Below, piece by piece: positions 33,143 to 35,934 of a DNA stretch of 35,934 bases. The notes under the pieces were generated by a model, which worked only from the letters and a program-made list of their open reading frames with translations, was not told the origin of the DNA and ran no database searches. This DNA is from Neovahlkampfia damariscottae. Its lineage: Eukaryota. Location: NCBI GenBank assembly GCA_016618085.1, contig JABLTG010000183.1:1-35934 (forward strand). Reading direction: 5' to 3'. A program made the translations under genes and the position numbers. Each line of letters opens with the position of its first letter. The stretch's first letter is position 1.

Positions 33143-35466
33143 TTATTGTTCGTTTTTGAATAATTGATCTAATATTGAATTGACTGAATCTGGGATTTTA
33201 GTACCAGGTCCAAAAATATGTGAAACTCCAGTTTTATAAAGTGCATCATAATCTTGTGTTGGAATGACACCTCCAGCTACAACCATGATTTTGTGTAGAT
33301 CATATTTTTCAAGTTCTTTCATCAATTCAGGAATTAAAGTTCTATGACCTGCTGCTAATGAAGAAATACCAATGATATGAACATCATTATCTATTGCTTG
33401 TTTTGCAACTTCTTTTGCTGTTGCGAATAATGGTCCAATATCAACGTCAAAACCTAAATCAGAAAATCCACTTGCTACAACTTTAGCACCACGATCATGT
33501 CCATCTTGACCTACTTTAGCAACTAAAATCCTTGGTCTTCTTCCAAATTTCTTTTCAAATTCTTCAACTCTTTGTTTGATTTGATTGAGTTTGTCACCTT
33601 CTTTGTATTCAGATGAATAAGCACCTGAAACAACTGGATTGTTTGGTGTATGTCTTCCATAAACTGATTCTAATGCAGATGAAATTTCACCAACTGTTGC
33701 TCTGACACGTGCTGCTTGAATAGATAATTCTAAAAGATTTCCAGTTTTATTTTTAGCAGCATCTACCAATGCATCAAGTGCTTCTTGAACAAGTTTTGAA
33801 TTTCTTGATTTTTTAATTTCATTAATTCTTTTCACTTGTGATTCTCTGACAGATGTGTTATCAATAATTTTGATATCAATTTCATCTTCTTTTTCTAACT
33901 TGAATTTATTCATTCCAACAATAATTTCTTCATTAGAATCAATTCTGGCTTGTTTTTTAGCAGAACTTTCTTCAATTCTTAATTTTGGCATTCCTGATTC
34001 AATAGCTTTTGTCATACCACCTAATTCTTCAACTTCTTTAATGATTATCATTGCTTTTTCATATAAATCATTTGTCAATGTTTCCATCATATATGAACCT
34101 CCAAATGGATCAACAACTTTTGGAATTCCAGTTTCATTTTGAATGATTAATTGTGTATTTCTAGCTAATCTTGCACTGAATTCAGTTGGAAGTCCAATTG
34201 CTTCATCAAATGAATTTGTATGTAAAGATTGAGTTCCTCCTAAAACAGCAGCCATAGCTTCAATTGTAGTTCTCATTATATTATTATAAGGATCTTGTTC
34301 TGTCAATGAATAACCACTATTGAAAATTTTAAACCAATTAGAACATTTTCGTACCTTGTTTGACAATGAGTTCTCAACATTAATGATTTTTTGTTTTTTG
34401 GATTAAATTTCTCTTGCACTAAAGTTGCCCACAATTTTCTTGCAGCTCTTAATTTTGCAATTTCCATATAAAAATTCATTCCAATAGCAAAGAAGAATGA
34501 AAATCTTGGTAAGATATCATCAATATCACAACCTGCATCCATACCACATTTTGCATATTCTAATCCATCAGCTATTGTGAAAGCAAGTTCCAAAGCACTA
34601 TTAGCACCTGCTTCTTGCATGTGATAACCTGAAATACTGATAGAATTATACAATGGCATTTTCTTTGAAGTGTATGACATGATATCTCCAATAATTCTCA
34701 TTGAAGGTTCAGGTGGATAAATAAATGTATTTCTAACCATAAATTCTTTCAAAATATCATTTTGAATAGTTCCACGAAGTTGTTCAGAAGGTACACCTTG
34801 TTCTTCTGCAGCAACAACATACATTGCTAATACAGGTAATACAGCACCATTCTACAAGTTAAAAAAAATTTTTTGGGTTTTTTACCATTGTCATACTCAC
34901 TGACATTTTTTCAAGTGGAATTTCATTGAATAAAATTTTCATATCTTCAACTGAATCAATGGCAACACCTGCCATTCCAACATCACCAGATACCCTTTCA
35001 TGATCAGAATCATATCCTCTGTGTGTTGCTAAATCAAAAGCAACTGATAAACCCATTTGTCCAGCTTTCAAAGCTTTTTTATAGAATTGGTTACTTTCTT
35101 CTGCTGTTGAAAAACCTGCATATTGTCTAATTGTCCAAGGTCTATTGATATACATTGTTGCATGTGGGCCTTTGTAGAAAAATTATTTACTTTTTTTTTT
35201 CAAACCTCTTGTATATGGAAATACACCACTAACCTCTTCATTTTTATAATCTTTTGCAGTGTAAATAGGTTTTAAAGTGATTTCTTAATTTTAATTTTCA
35301 ACAATTTTTTTTTTTTACCTTCAGGAGTTTTTGTGAACAAGTCTTCAAATTTTTGGTCTTTTCTTAATTCTTTTTTTGCAACTTCAGACCAGTTTTCAAA
35401 TGTGTGGTTGTTTTTTGAGTATTTTGTCTTGTGTACGGATTTCAAAATATTTTTTGTTTTCTTCAT
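33143..35466 (-). CDS. MMUT: Methylmalonyl-CoA mutase (B12-dependent, mitochondrial); introns 35284-35318, 35170-35205, 34852-34885, 34317-34354
   Basis: [40 protein letters not shown]12 motif GQDGHDRG and SSLAAGH. Confidence 0.97.
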
Positions 35467-35934
35467 CCTTTGATTTTGTTGTTGGGAATTTGTCCAATCA
35501 AATTACTCTTTCTGCTCAAACCGTTTTTGTTCAATGGAGCAGATGAACTTTGAAACAATTCTTTACTAAGATTCTGAAGAAAGCAAATTAAAAATGATCG
35601 GAAATTGACAACGTCAAATATTTCATAAAAAATACACAAAAAAATCTGAACACTTTGAACAGAGGAAAGTACTTTTCACTGATTATTTGATGCATTTTTA
35701 AAATTAAGTAGAAAAATCTCATACGGCCAATGAATTGATGGTTATTGTGATAAAAGTGGCCAATTAGATTTAATTTTGCCAGTTATTTTTACAATTTTTA
35801 CTTGAAGTTGTTCAACTAGAAAATACTGAAAAAGATCTCAAGTATTTAAAATGTCCAAACAGCTCAAATTGGATTCATTTTGGAAAGAAAAAAATGTTAC
35901 TTCAACATCAATAACAGAAGTGATAAAAAAGAGA

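Noticed and set aside
196..35466. No TAG stop among 24 genes (18 TAA, 6 TGA): possible codon reassignment
   Set aside because: No in-frame TAG occurs in conserved exons and all interruptions are explained by introns. AT bias and the AATAAA overlap explain the skew.
35535..35934. Coding-looking sequence after ATG 35535
   Set aside because: Stops occur in all frames and no consistent intron solution was found. It may be a pseudogene but cannot be supported.

Overview
AT-rich, extremely gene-dense eukaryotic nuclear DNA, most likely a free-living protist. A heterolobosean amoeba is my inference from the divergent beta-tubulin and the RGS-domain fusions. By hand I reconstruct 24 protein genes and one SDR pseudogene, with 44 tiny GT-AG introns of 28-45 nt. 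Recognisable genes include PIG-X, a full-length ABCA transporter, bacterial-type ectoine hydroxylase (EctD) and arsenate reductase (ArsC), an atypical Rho-like GTPase, a RluA pseudouridine synthase, two tandem RGS-START paralogues, an RGS-pseudokinase-RGS, mL49, beta-tubulin, ORMDL and methylmalonyl-CoA mutase. Four non-coding signals stand out. (1) A CCAAT box lies within about 55 nt of essentially every start codon. (2) AATAAA is built into most TAA stops. (3) Doubled TTTTGGCGG (E2F/CDE-like) elements sit upstream of the tubulin. (4) A small mitochondrial-like gene has one splice donor followed by an array of acceptors, each giving a two-residue terminal exon (DR*, DT*, DL*). All exon structures are manual predictions with no transcript data.
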